A stretch of DNA of 64,000 nt from an uncultured Sulfuricurvum sp. Lineage in GTDB: Bacteria; Campylobacterota; Campylobacteria; Campylobacterales; Sulfurimonadaceae. The stretch is taken from positions 19,641-83,640 of the forward strand of contig CAYXWQ010000005.1 in assembly GCA_964468865.1 (NCBI GenBank), in the 5' to 3' direction. The translations under genes were made by a program, and so were the position numbers. The notes below the pieces were generated by a model. That model saw only the letters and a list, made by a program, of their open reading frames with translations, searched no databases and was not told where the DNA came from. Below are positions 1 through 9,340 of the stretch, piece after piece (the stretch's first letter is position 1; each line of letters opens with the position of its first letter).

Positions 1-1259
1 GAGCCGTCTTTGGCTTTGTTTTTGACGACACCGTGCCATGCGTCCCCGCTCAAAATCGTCTTCCACATGGACTCGAAGACCTCTTTGGGCGTCTCTTCAT
101 GCCGGACAATGCGGTGCGGTTTCCCGATCAGCTCTTCGCGGCTGTATCCCGATATCGCGCAGAACTGGTCATTGATGTAGGTTATGCGCCCTTTGCGGTC
201 TGTTTTGGAAACAATGCTGCTGCGGTCTACGGCATTTTTGTACTCGTCGAGGAGCTTGATATTTTTTCGGATACTCTCAGATATCCGATATCCGAACCAG
301 AAAATGAGGACAATGATCAGCGACAGCAGAACCGCCACCCGCATCAGGGTATTTTGCGCGTCGACGATACGGCTGTCCAGTTTTGATTCAATCATCGCAA
401 TGTTGTAGCGTTCGATCTTGCGCAGTTTTTCGATCGACGTGCTGGAGAGTTCAAACCATGACTCAGGATTCATTCGGATCATCCCCACGCGGTTGACGAT
501 CGCCAGATCGATAACCCGCAGCATCGTCTCGACATCAGGGCCTGAAAAATTGGTATCATAATACTTTTTCAGCTGGGATGACGCCAGCGTCTCGAAACGG
601 CTCGATGCCGTGTCGTATTCCCCTTTGGCAAGTATGAGATGGATATAGAGATCGTCGTCCATCGACCCTTGCCAGAAAGCGGTATTCAGACCTGAACGCA
701 TCTGGGCAAGCGTCTCTTTGATCGCCATAAGATTCGTGTAGGCCTGAAAATCATTGCGCAGCGAAACGTCGCTGACAGTAAGGACTATCGCCAGGTAATC
801 CGAACGCATCTGCCCCACCAGACGCGTGTAATATTCAAAAGACTCAATCGGGGTGATAGCATACGAATCGATTTTGGTTCTGTATGTCCCGAGCGCTTTG
901 AGCTCCGGATTGCACGGTCCGGGGCGTATCCCCTGTGCTTTGATAAGGGCAGAAAATTTTTGAAGCGCACGATCGGTTTTAACGCGCTGTTCCAGAAGGA
1001 GCGTTGGGTCATATTTCCCTTTTCCAGCCAGATAACCGCTGCTGCGTCCCCTCTCTATCTGAAGTTCCTGCATCAACACGGCAACATACTTGATTTTCTC
1101 GATCTGAAGCGCGAGTTTGTTCAACGCCTGCATTTGCGTGTACAGATGATAACCGTAAAAAAGTGAGCCCAGGACAACAATGACCATCGGAACAGCGAGC
1201 AAAAGACGCATGCGGTTGATAATAGTTAAAGAGAATATTTTATTGAGAATGTTTTTCAT
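1..1259 (-). CDS. Membrane sensor with periplasmic NIT (nitrate/nitrite-sensing)-like domain and cytoplasmic PAS domain; runs off the window start, output domain not visible
   Basis: Not in ORF track; I translated both ends by hand and they share a frame. N-term MKNILNKIFSLTIINRMRLLLAVPMVIVVLGSLFYG (TM) then LMQELQIERGRSSGYLAGKG (NIT-like ELQxERG). After a second hydrophobic stretch comes the PAS segment AVDRSSIVSKTDRKGRITYINDQFCAISGYSREELIGKPHRIVRH...WHGVVKNKAKDG. Confidence 0.85.
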   Translation of the reverse strand, partial: MKNILNKIFSLTIINRMRLLLAVPMVIVVLGSLFYGYHLYTQMQALNKLALQIEKIKYVAVLMQELQIERGRSSGYLAGKGKYDPTLLLEQRVKTDRALQKFSALIKAQGIRPGPCNPELKALGTYRTKIDSYAITPIESFEYYTRLVGQMRSDYLAIVLTVSDVSLRNDFQAYTNLMAIKETLAQMRSGLNTAFWQGSMDDDLYIHLILAKGEYDTASSRFETLASSQLKKYYDTNFSGPDVETMLRVIDLAIVNRVGMIRMNPESWFELSSTSIEKLRKIERYNIAMIESKLDSRIVDAQNTLMRVAVLLSLIIVLIFWFGYRISESIRKNIKLLDEYKNAVDRSSIVSKTDRKGRITYINDQFCAISGYSREELIGKPHRIVRHEETPKEVFESMWKTILSGDAWHGVVKNKAKDG

Positions 1260-1355
1260 AAATAGAATTCTATCCTAGAATCCACAATAGTGATTCAAAA
1301 ATTTTATAGTGATTTTTTTTGTTAAAAATAGAAAAAGATATTTTGAAATGATGTT

Positions 1356-2024
1356 TTAGAGAACCAGCTGATACCCGATGGAAGAATACGTTTGGATCAG
1401 TTCTTTATAGGTTTTGGCGCGCAGCAGTTTGATGAGGGTGCGCAGATTGGCAATCGTACTTTCACCGTTTTTGGAGATGATTTGCAGCAACTGATCATAC
1501 GGTACCACACGGTTTTTGTAATGTATCAATGCCTCCAGCAACAAAATCTCCTGCTGCATCAGCGGAATCTGCCGATCATTCCGAGAGAGCTTTTTGGCAT
1601 TCGCAACATAATGAAACCCCTGCCCCAGATCGATCGTGCCGTCTTTGTTCAAAAGGTAGTTCCGGACCCTGAAATAGAGTTCGCTGGCATCAACCGGCTT
1701 ACGGAGCACATCATCTCCTCCGACCTGAATCATTTTATCGTCAATCTCCGTTTTGTTCACCGCGGACATGAAAATGACAATCGTATCGGCAAGCCCCAGG
1801 TCATTTTTGATCCGTCTGCATGCCTCATATCCGTCCATACCCGGCATGAGAATGTCCATCAAAATGATGTCCGGTTCTTCAGCACGTGCTATTCGGACCG
1901 CTTTTTCTCCGCTATCGGCCTCCAGCAATTGAACGAAGCTTAGTTTCTCGAGAACGCGGGCGACAAGATCACGGGTCTCGTCATCATCATCGACAATCAG
2001 AATTTTTTGAGGCACTGTTTTCAT
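1356..2024 (-). CDS. OmpR-type response regulator (REC + winged helix)
   Basis: ILIVDDD, DIILMDILMPGMDG, KP motif; C-terminal LRTLIKLLRAK...IQTYSSIGYQL. Confidence 0.9.
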   Translation of the reverse strand: MKTVPQKILIVDDDDETRDLVARVLEKLSFVQLLEADSGEKAVRIARAEEPDIILMDILMPGMDGYEACRRIKNDLGLADTIVIFMSAVNKTEIDDKMIQVGGDDVLRKPVDASELYFRVRNYLLNKDGTIDLGQGFHYVANAKKLSRNDRQIPLMQQEILLLEALIHYKNRVVPYDQLLQIISKNGESTIANLRTLIKLLRAKTYKELIQTYSSIGYQLVL

Positions 2025-2219
2025 AACGGGTATCTTAATGGAGATTATGCGTGCATTGTAACTATTCTAGCCTACAGTAGGCACGCGTTGCAATCTTATC
2101 GACGAAATATGAGCATAATGTGAGCTATATCGATGGTTTTATTCCTTTTTTTAATGATAATCTGTGTTGTTTTTTTCTAAAATATCCCGTCACTACAGTT
2201 TTGCCAAGGAGACGCATTC

Positions 2220-2783
2220 GTGTATTTAATCCAGCAGAGACTGGCGGAAGCCACCCGAGCGATGCATCAGCGCATCGAAGACAACCCCTTCGTCCACGCA
2301 CTGAACGACCACCTTCCCCTCGAACCCTCCTATCGGTGGCTTTTGTCGAGTCTCCATCCCTTTGTCCAGGGCGCAGAAGAGTGTCTGAAAACCTTTTTGG
2401 CCCGGCGGAGCGAATACGACGTTTTGCGACGGTGCCGCCTCGCTTTGCTGGAGAACGATCTCGCCCTCATGGAAATCACCCACGAAGCCTCCGAAAACGG
2501 CTCTTTCGATTCGATACAAACTCCGATGGAAGCCCTCGGTCTCTTGTACGTTCTCGAAGGTTCCCGAAAAGGGGGACAGTTCATCGCCCCGCTCCTGCAG
2601 CGCACCGAACCGCATCTGCCGGTGAGTTATCTGCGAGGATACGGGGAGGCCACGGATGAGGAGTGGGAACGTTTTTGCCAATTGCTGGAGCGGCACACTC
2701 TCCCCGAAGAGCAGGAGGAAATCGTCTCGGGGGCGATAAAGGCGTTTGAGATACTTGAGAGGATCTTTCATGAACACCGGTAA
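2220..2783 (+). CDS. bphO: Biliverdin-producing heme oxygenase (BphO-like)
   Basis: ATRAMHQRIE (proximal His), LYVLEGSRKGG motif; AAGGAG RBS before GTG; overlaps the phytochrome start. Confidence 0.85.
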   Translation: MYLIQQRLAEATRAMHQRIEDNPFVHALNDHLPLEPSYRWLLSSLHPFVQGAEECLKTFLARRSEYDVLRRCRLALLENDLALMEITHEASENGSFDSIQTPMEALGLLYVLEGSRKGGQFIAPLLQRTEPHLPVSYLRGYGEATDEEWERFCQLLERHTLPEEQEEIVSGAIKAFEILERIFHEHR

Positions 2784-5004
2784 CGCGGATCTGGATCAGT
2801 GTGCGCAGGAGCCTATCCATATCCCCTCGGCCATCCAGCCGCACGGTTTTTTTCTCGCCATCGATCCTGAAAGCGAACGGATCATCGCGGCCAGCGACAA
2901 TCTCGATCGTTTTTTCACCTTTTCGGCGCAGTCAATCATCGGCAAACTTCTGGCCGCTTCTTTCCCCGATTTGAGCACATGGATTCAAACCTCTGGCTCC
3001 GCCCCCCTGCCGGCCCTATTTACCCTCTCAAAGAAAAGCGGAAACGGTCGTTTTGTCGTCACGCTGCACCGAACGCCCAATTATCTGATTCTCGAAGGCG
3101 AACCGGCCGTTCAGGAAGATGAGCTCCCCGATCATCTGGCCCAGTCGCTCATCGAGGAGGTGATCGGACTGAGCGCCGCTTCCTCCGTCGAGGAACTTTG
3201 TTCGCTGGGGGCACGCTCGATCTGGCGCCTGAGCGGATTTGATCGTGTCATGGCCTACCGGTTCGAAGAGGATTTCCACGGCTGCGTGATTGCGGAAGCC
3301 AAAACAGCACGGATGGACACGTACCTGCATCACCATTTTCCGGCATCCGATATCCCCGCACAGGCACGTGAACTCTACCGGAGAAATCTGATACGCTACA
3401 TCGCCGACGCTTCCTATACCCCCGTTGCACTGATCAGCAGTGCAGCCGAACCGATCGATATGAGCGACAGCCATCTGCGCAGCGTATCCCCCATCCACCT
3501 CGAATACCTCCGAAATATGGACGTCGCCTCTTCGATGAGCCTTTCGATCGTCATCAACGGCGAGCTGTGGGGGCTTTTTGCGTGCCATCACAGCGCCCCA
3601 ACCCGGCTCTCTTCCGCTACCCGCCGCTACTGCGAAAACTTTATCCGCGTGTTTAACGCACTCCTCCAAGACAAACTCAACGCTGAAACATCGCACCGTT
3701 TTTTTCGCCTCAAAAACCATCATGACACCCTCAAAGAGGCCTTCCAATCCCTCTGTGATCATTCCGGCCCTATGTTTGCATTTCAGACGTTGGCGGCGTC
3801 ATGGCTCCATGCGCTCGACAGCGACGGTGTCTGCATGATTTTCCAGGAAGAGACATCCTCGTTCGGCACCACTCCGCATGCGACAGAGATCCAGGCGTTG
3901 TCCACCATGATCAACCCATTGCGCACTGATGGCATCTACTGCTCTGCATCGCTTGGGACCGATTTTCCCGCATTGACACCCTCAGAGCCTCTGGCCGGAG
4001 TGGTCAGTATCCTCGTCTCCCATACCCCCCGATGCGAACTTCTGTGGTTTCGGCAAGAATGGATCAGGGAGCTCACCTGGGCCGGCAATCCGGACAAGAC
4101 GCTCCAAAGCGATGCTGCACTCCGTATTTCGCCGCGTAAATCGTTCGAGGCGTTTACCGTTCTCCAGGAAGGAAAAAGCCGTCCATGGACGCCATCGCAC
4201 CTGCAAATACTGCCGCTGTATAAAGATTTTGGCCCGATCCTCCAGCTTTATACCGCCCGCCAAACGATGATGCGTCAGGATCAGCTGCTGATCCAGCAGG
4301 CAAAAATGGCGATGATCGGGGAAATGATCGATGCCATAGCCCACCAGTGGAGCCAGCCGATCAACTCTCTGTCGCTGCTGATCAGCGGATTGTCCTACAT
4401 GACCGACAACGGCAGTCTTGATGCCAAACAGCTCCGAAAAATTCAGCAGCAGGGGATGGACAAAATTTACTTCATGGTCGACACACTCGACGCATTCCGA
4501 AATTTTTTCAAACCCGACCAGAGCCGGCACTCTTTTTCGATGACGCAATCGATACGGGAGGTCGCCGATCTTTTTATGCAGCAGTTCAAACTTCTTGGCG
4601 TAGAGCTCACCATCGATGACGATCCAGCCCTCATCATGGGATATTCGAATGAATTCAAACAAATCATCCTGAGTCTGCTGGCCAATGCCAACGATGCGCT
4701 GAGAGACCGCAAAATCCCCCATCCGCAGATCCGATGCCGCATTGAACACCGTTCCGAGGATCTGACGCTCCGGATTTCCGATAATGCGGGAGGGATAGAC
4801 GAAGCGTATCAGGAAAAGATATTTGCCCCCCACTTCTCGACCAAAGAGTACGGCAGCGGCAGCGGCCTCTACCTCGCACGGCTGATCATCGAAGAGCACT
4901 TCGGCGGGACCATAACGGTCGCGAATGACGAATACGGTGCCTGCTTTACGCTGACTTTCCCGGTGGATTCTCAGCTCAGAAAAACTCAATCTCCTGATTC
5001 ATAG
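2770..5004 (+). CDS. bphP: Bacteriophytochrome histidine kinase (PAS-GAF-PHY-HisKA-HATPase)
   Basis: N-terminal bilin Cys in DQCAQEPIHIPSAIQPHG; GFDRVMAYRF, FPASDIPAQARELY, SPIHLEYLRNM, ACHH, WFRQE, WAGNP, PRKSF; H-box IAHQW; DNAGGI and GSGSGLY G-boxes. Start moved to ATG 2770. Confidence 0.95.
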   Translation: MNTGNADLDQCAQEPIHIPSAIQPHGFFLAIDPESERIIAASDNLDRFFTFSAQSIIGKLLAASFPDLSTWIQTSGSAPLPALFTLSKKSGNGRFVVTLHRTPNYLILEGEPAVQEDELPDHLAQSLIEEVIGLSAASSVEELCSLGARSIWRLSGFDRVMAYRFEEDFHGCVIAEAKTARMDTYLHHHFPASDIPAQARELYRRNLIRYIADASYTPVALISSAAEPIDMSDSHLRSVSPIHLEYLRNMDVASSMSLSIVINGELWGLFACHHSAPTRLSSATRRYCENFIRVFNALLQDKLNAETSHRFFRLKNHHDTLKEAFQSLCDHSGPMFAFQTLAASWLHALDSDGVCMIFQEETSSFGTTPHATEIQALSTMINPLRTDGIYCSASLGTDFPALTPSEPLAGVVSILVSHTPRCELLWFRQEWIRELTWAGNPDKTLQSDAALRISPRKSFEAFTVLQEGKSRPWTPSHLQILPLYKDFGPILQLYTARQTMMRQDQLLIQQAKMAMIGEMIDAIAHQWSQPINSLSLLISGLSYMTDNGSLDAKQLRKIQQQGMDKIYFMVDTLDAFRNFFKPDQSRHSFSMTQSIREVADLFMQQFKLLGVELTIDDDPALIMGYSNEFKQIILSLLANANDALRDRKIPHPQIRCRIEHRSEDLTLRISDNAGGIDEAYQEKIFAPHFSTKEYGSGSGLYLARLIIEEHFGGTITVANDEYGACFTLTFPVDSQLRKTQSPDS

Positions 5005-5965
5005 ACGAGTCGCTCTCGCTCAGCATGATCTGCAGCTGTGCGATCGAGCTGATCAGGGTTTTATCGAGATAATGGATGTCTTCGGCATTCTGGTGGACGA
5101 ACACGCTCATTCGCCAGAACGACAAGTCGTTGATGATGGCTTTGATGTATATCATGACGGCCCCCACATTTTCCTCGCCGATCTCTTCCAGTGATGTTTT
5201 CTCCAGAATGTCGATCAGCATGGCCAGCGCATAGGTCAGTTCTTCAAATTCCACGAGCTGATGGAGTACTTTGAGATAGTTGTGAAACAGTACTACGAGA
5301 TTATGGTAGGTCCCGTTGCCGATCTCTTCGGAGAGATCCAGGGACGCAAGCGTCTCTTCCTCGATCTCGCTCAACTCTTCCATCATCGCATAATCGACAT
5401 CCACTTCCATCAGATAGTCGAATGCGGAGGTCTGCTGCGCCGTTCCATCCGAATCAGCGGGCACAGAGCTGAAATCCGCGTCACAGGATGTCACTGAGGG
5501 GGCAATCGAACACGTCTCCTTCGCACTCTCTTTGAGGTAATGCAGATGGATATACTCCCGTATGACGCCGATAAAATTATGGTCAATCAGCCAGGATATC
5601 TCCTCCATCGTTTCCGAATCAAGGATGTGGTGCTCGATCATGTTCAGGAGGAAGGCGTTTTTGAAATTCACGCAGATGACAAAAACGTCGTCCAGAGGAA
5701 TGTCCTTTTTCTCGAAAAAAGCGAGCATGACACAGATGATCGGGCAGTTTCCGTGTTCGTTTTGGCGGCGTAAAATTCCCAATACGTATTTGATCACTTT
5801 GGTGCCGAAATACCGCCCGAAAAATTCAGGAGTTATGCGGTGGCGATGCAGCGTCTCGCGTACATCCCGGTGGGATACCCATCGCTGCAGAAGCTCATCC
5901 GATGTTCGTTCAAACGTATCGAGATGAGGGTACAGATGCGGGAAAGTCATGGGGCTTTTGTTCAT
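4976..5965 (-). CDS. Hypothetical all-helical two-domain protein, possibly signalling-related
   Basis: 329-aa ORF with protein-like composition, Cys-containing N domain and acidic C domain; convergent overlap with bphP. Confidence 0.7.
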   Translation of the reverse strand: MNKSPMTFPHLYPHLDTFERTSDELLQRWVSHRDVRETLHRHRITPEFFGRYFGTKVIKYVLGILRRQNEHGNCPIICVMLAFFEKKDIPLDDVFVICVNFKNAFLLNMIEHHILDSETMEEISWLIDHNFIGVIREYIHLHYLKESAKETCSIAPSVTSCDADFSSVPADSDGTAQQTSAFDYLMEVDVDYAMMEELSEIEEETLASLDLSEEIGNGTYHNLVVLFHNYLKVLHQLVEFEELTYALAMLIDILEKTSLEEIGEENVGAVMIYIKAIINDLSFWRMSVFVHQNAEDIHYLDKTLISSIAQLQIMLSESDSSMNQEIEFF

Positions 5966-6064
5966 ATTGTGATTACCGTTATTGAAAAATAGTCTTATTC
6001 GACAGATTGTAGGACGGAAGTGTGAGTTTTTTATAAGTGCGGATCGAAAAATCGATTCACACGT

Positions 6065-6892
6065 CTAGAGATCGGTTTGAAACAGATGAACGTCACGCTG
6101 AGGATAAGGGATGGTTATCCCTTCTTCTTTGAGAGCCTTGTAGATCAGCAGATTCACCTCATACTGGAATTTGAAAAAATTCCGGGTCGGGACCCAATAG
6201 CGGATACCGATCTCCACAGCGCTTTCGCCGAATTTCTGGATTCCGACGATCGCCGAGTTTTCGTTGGAAACGTTTTCATAGCGGTCGATGACCTCTTTTA
6301 TCACACTGATCGCCTTGTCCGCGTTGTCGTGGTACGAAATGCCGACACTCGATTCGACGATGCGATAGTTGAACGAGTTGACGATCACCTCCCCGATCAT
6401 GTGTTTGTTCGGAACGGTGATCAGCTCCTCATCCTCGGTACGAAGGGTCGTATAGGCCAGCTTGATCTCTTCGACCTCCCCGTAGACGCTGTTGACCAGA
6501 ATCGTATCTCCGATTTTGAAAGGACGGGTGATGATCAGCGATATCCCTGCGGCGTAGTTGGCAACGCTCCCCTGGATCGCCAGACCGGCGGTCAGGAAGA
6601 CCGCACCGACCGCCGCGATAAACGGCGCGATCGATATCCCCAGTTTTCCGATGGCTACGACGACCATCGCACCGAATATGAGAATGCGCACGCCGTTGGC
6701 GGCGAATTTCCCCAGTGTCGGGTCAAAATCGTGTTTCGTGAAAAATCTCATCAAAAAATTGAAAACGTATTTGGACAAAAACCATCCGATCAGGACGATG
6801 ATGAGCGCGCCGATGATCTGAATACTGTAATTGGCAAAAAAATCGATCGTTTTATTGTAAAACTGCTGAAAGAAAGCTATTTCCTGTTGCAT
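6065..6892 (-). CDS. mscS: Small-conductance mechanosensitive channel
   Basis: Three TM segments, GLAIQGSVANYAAG, RPFKIGD, VPN, GITIPYPQRDVH. Confidence 0.92.
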   Translation of the reverse strand: MQQEIAFFQQFYNKTIDFFANYSIQIIGALIIVLIGWFLSKYVFNFLMRFFTKHDFDPTLGKFAANGVRILIFGAMVVVAIGKLGISIAPFIAAVGAVFLTAGLAIQGSVANYAAGISLIITRPFKIGDTILVNSVYGEVEEIKLAYTTLRTEDEELITVPNKHMIGEVIVNSFNYRIVESSVGISYHDNADKAISVIKEVIDRYENVSNENSAIVGIQKFGESAVEIGIRYWVPTRNFFKFQYEVNLLIYKALKEEGITIPYPQRDVHLFQTDL

Positions 6893-6960
6893 GGGGATAT
6901 TCCTGTGTTTTAGACGAATTATACACCATGCGGGAAATGTTGCCGCACCCTTGAAACCTC

Positions 6961-8511
6961 TTATCCCAGATTGGGACGCACTTGATTGCGGCCATTGTCT
7001 TTGGCCTCATAGAGCATCGCATCGGCCCGGTTGATCAGGCTCTCGTCCGTATCCTCGTTTCTGAGTTCGGCGACGCCGAAACTGCAGCTCATCTTCCCGT
7101 GTGCGAAGGGATACTCTTCGACCATGATACGCAGCTTTTCGGCCAGATCGGCTGCCTGTATCAGATTGGTATGGGGGAGCACGACCACAAACTCTTCTCC
7201 GCCCCACCGTCCGACGATGTCGCTTTCGCGCAGCCGGTTTTTCATCAGGGCGCTCAGGTCGATAAGCGCCCTGTCCCCCATGCGGTGCCCATAGGTGTCG
7301 TTGATCTGTTTGAAGTGGTCGATGTCGAAAAAGATGACGCAGAGGGGATACCCCCCGCGTCGGGCGTGTTTGACCAGATAATCGATCTGACGGATCAGGT
7401 ATGCACGGTTGGCGATCTGGGTCAGCTTGTCGGTGTTGGCATTTTTGACCAGCAGCGCGTGCTGCTTACGCAGACGATAAATAAAATAGGTGATAAATGC
7501 GACGGCCAAACCGATCAAAAAAGCCGCGAAAAGAAGCAGCGTGATTAGATTGTTTTTCAGTTTGACGATCTGCATGTCTTTTTGATACACCAGTATATAG
7601 CCAACACGTTTTTTGTCAAAACTCTCCAGCGGATTGAGCAGCAGCAGGTAGCCCGTCCCCTCAAAAACAAGGGGGATAATGTGATGTTTTCCATCCCCCG
7701 CTATCCTCTCGAAATCATGACGGTAGAGGGCATTGAGCTGATCCATGAGCAGTTGTGGATAAAGGGGGTTGTGATGACCGTTGACCCGCTTGTCGTTAAC
7801 ATACCCTGGGCTGAGTGGCGAAGGGAAATAATTGAACCTCTCATTGGCAAAAACCTTTTTGTCGATGACATTCTTGTCCAAAATCAGGTCGTATTTGGCG
7901 TCGGTAATCTGTTGCGCAAGTCTGCGGACTGCATCAAACGAATAGGAGAGTTCTACAGTGCCGATAAATTCGCCCCGTTCAAACAGCGGAAATACGTGGC
8001 GAAATCCGTTAAATATCCTCCCCTCTTCAAATCCGTTAACCTGACGGTGCAGACGGTTGACGCTGTCGATGGAGGGGCGAACCCCCTGAAGTGAATCGCC
8101 GAATTTTTCCGGGCGGTGAAACCGCAAAAAACTGACCGATCCGGGAAGATGAAAATGGAGCTGCCGCACGTCATGCGTTTCCAGCGAGCCGTATAAACGG
8201 GCCAGATGGGCATACAATTCGCAGCGCGCCAAATCCTGCTCCTTTTCACTGCCCCGCGCCGCACGTCTCATCAGCCCGATAACGTGCGGAGTGTTGATGA
8301 CGGAATCGAACATCGTTTTGGCGATCGTATCGTAGCCGAGTTTGAGCGATTCGATCTGAACGTCCGCCGTTTTGACCCGGCTTTGGAGATAGAGCATTTT
8401 TTCGCGCTCATAACGGTCGATGAAAAAATAGGAAACAATACCGCCGATTGTCAGAAACAGTACCATAAAAAAAGCAATATAGGGGAACAGTTGTTTTATT
8501 TTTTCTTTCAC
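6961..8511 (-). CDS. Membrane diguanylate cyclase with periplasmic Cache-like domain
   Basis: Two TMs flanking LHFHLP...SFLRFHRPEKFGDSL; DIDHFKQINDTYGH, RESD I-site, RWGGEEF. Confidence 0.92.
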   Translation of the reverse strand: MKEKIKQLFPYIAFFMVLFLTIGGIVSYFFIDRYEREKMLYLQSRVKTADVQIESLKLGYDTIAKTMFDSVINTPHVIGLMRRAARGSEKEQDLARCELYAHLARLYGSLETHDVRQLHFHLPGSVSFLRFHRPEKFGDSLQGVRPSIDSVNRLHRQVNGFEEGRIFNGFRHVFPLFERGEFIGTVELSYSFDAVRRLAQQITDAKYDLILDKNVIDKKVFANERFNYFPSPLSPGYVNDKRVNGHHNPLYPQLLMDQLNALYRHDFERIAGDGKHHIIPLVFEGTGYLLLLNPLESFDKKRVGYILVYQKDMQIVKLKNNLITLLLFAAFLIGLAVAFITYFIYRLRKQHALLVKNANTDKLTQIANRAYLIRQIDYLVKHARRGGYPLCVIFFDIDHFKQINDTYGHRMGDRALIDLSALMKNRLRESDIVGRWGGEEFVVVLPHTNLIQAADLAEKLRIMVEEYPFAHGKMSCSFGVAELRNEDTDESLINRADAMLYEAKDNGRNQVRPNLG

Positions 8512-8668
8512 GCGCAGCCCTCTCCGGAAAAACAGTTTGTCATTTAAGATATAATCGTTACGGAATGATAGTTCATTAATGTGTTGAAAATGTTTCTTTA
8601 AACTTAATGTAGTATAAAATAAAATTCTCTGCTATGTACGTAGCAATTTTTCGAACATAAGGCCGACC

Positions 8669-9340
8669 TTGCAGCAAAACCGTTCCCAGTCCGTTTTGAT
8701 CGTCGAAGATGACCCTGAAAGCAACGATAACCTCCGTTCCCTCCTAAATCACACATTCGATGACGTTATAAGCGTGTATGATGGCGCAGAGGGGTTGAAA
8801 GCGTATCGCCTCTATCGCCCCGACATTGTCATCACCGATATCGAGATGCCGGGGATGGACGGGTTGGAACTCATCCGTACGATCCGCAAGATCGATCCGA
8901 ACTGTTTCGTCGGGGTATTGACCTCCTATTCGAATCAGCACTATCTTCTCCAGGCCGTATCGCTGAAACTTGACACCTATATTCTCAAACCCATCACCTC
9001 CGCCAAACTCACCGCATTGGTGAGCGATATTCGCATGTTTCGCAAACGGCTGACGCACCATCGTCTTCCCATTCATCAGGACGTTTATTACGATTCGAAA
9101 GGGAAAATCGTCGTGGACGGCGAGCGGCGTATATTTCTGACCCATTCGGAAATTATTCTGCTGGAGCTTTTTTTGTATTACCGGGGAGAAGCGCTCTTAT
9201 ACGATACGATCGAATACGCCCTCTACGGCACCGCAGAAAGAAGCCGAAACGCGATAAAAATACTTATCAGCCACCTGCGCAAAAAAATCCCCGGTCTGAC
9301 GATCCGCTCCATTCCGAAAATAGGATATCGCTTTTCATGA
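8669..9340 (+). CDS. OmpR-type response regulator
   Basis: VLIVEDD, DIVITDIEMPGMDG, LKP; winged helix ending IPKIGYRF; TTG start uncertain. Confidence 0.9.
   Translation: MQQNRSQSVLIVEDDPESNDNLRSLLNHTFDDVISVYDGAEGLKAYRLYRPDIVITDIEMPGMDGLELIRTIRKIDPNCFVGVLTSYSNQHYLLQAVSLKLDTYILKPITSAKLTALVSDIRMFRKRLTHHRLPIHQDVYYDSKGKIVVDGERRIFLTHSEIILLELFLYYRGEALLYDTIEYALYGTAERSRNAIKILISHLRKKIPGLTIRSIPKIGYRFS

Noticed and set aside
33-1166. Short ORFs listed by the track in 1-1.2 kb
   Set aside because: They lie within the truncated minus-strand NIT-PAS gene and have no motifs of their own.
2078-2093. Sigma-54-like TAGGCACGCGTTGC upstream of bphO
   Set aside because: GG-to-GC spacing is 8 nt, not the required 10.
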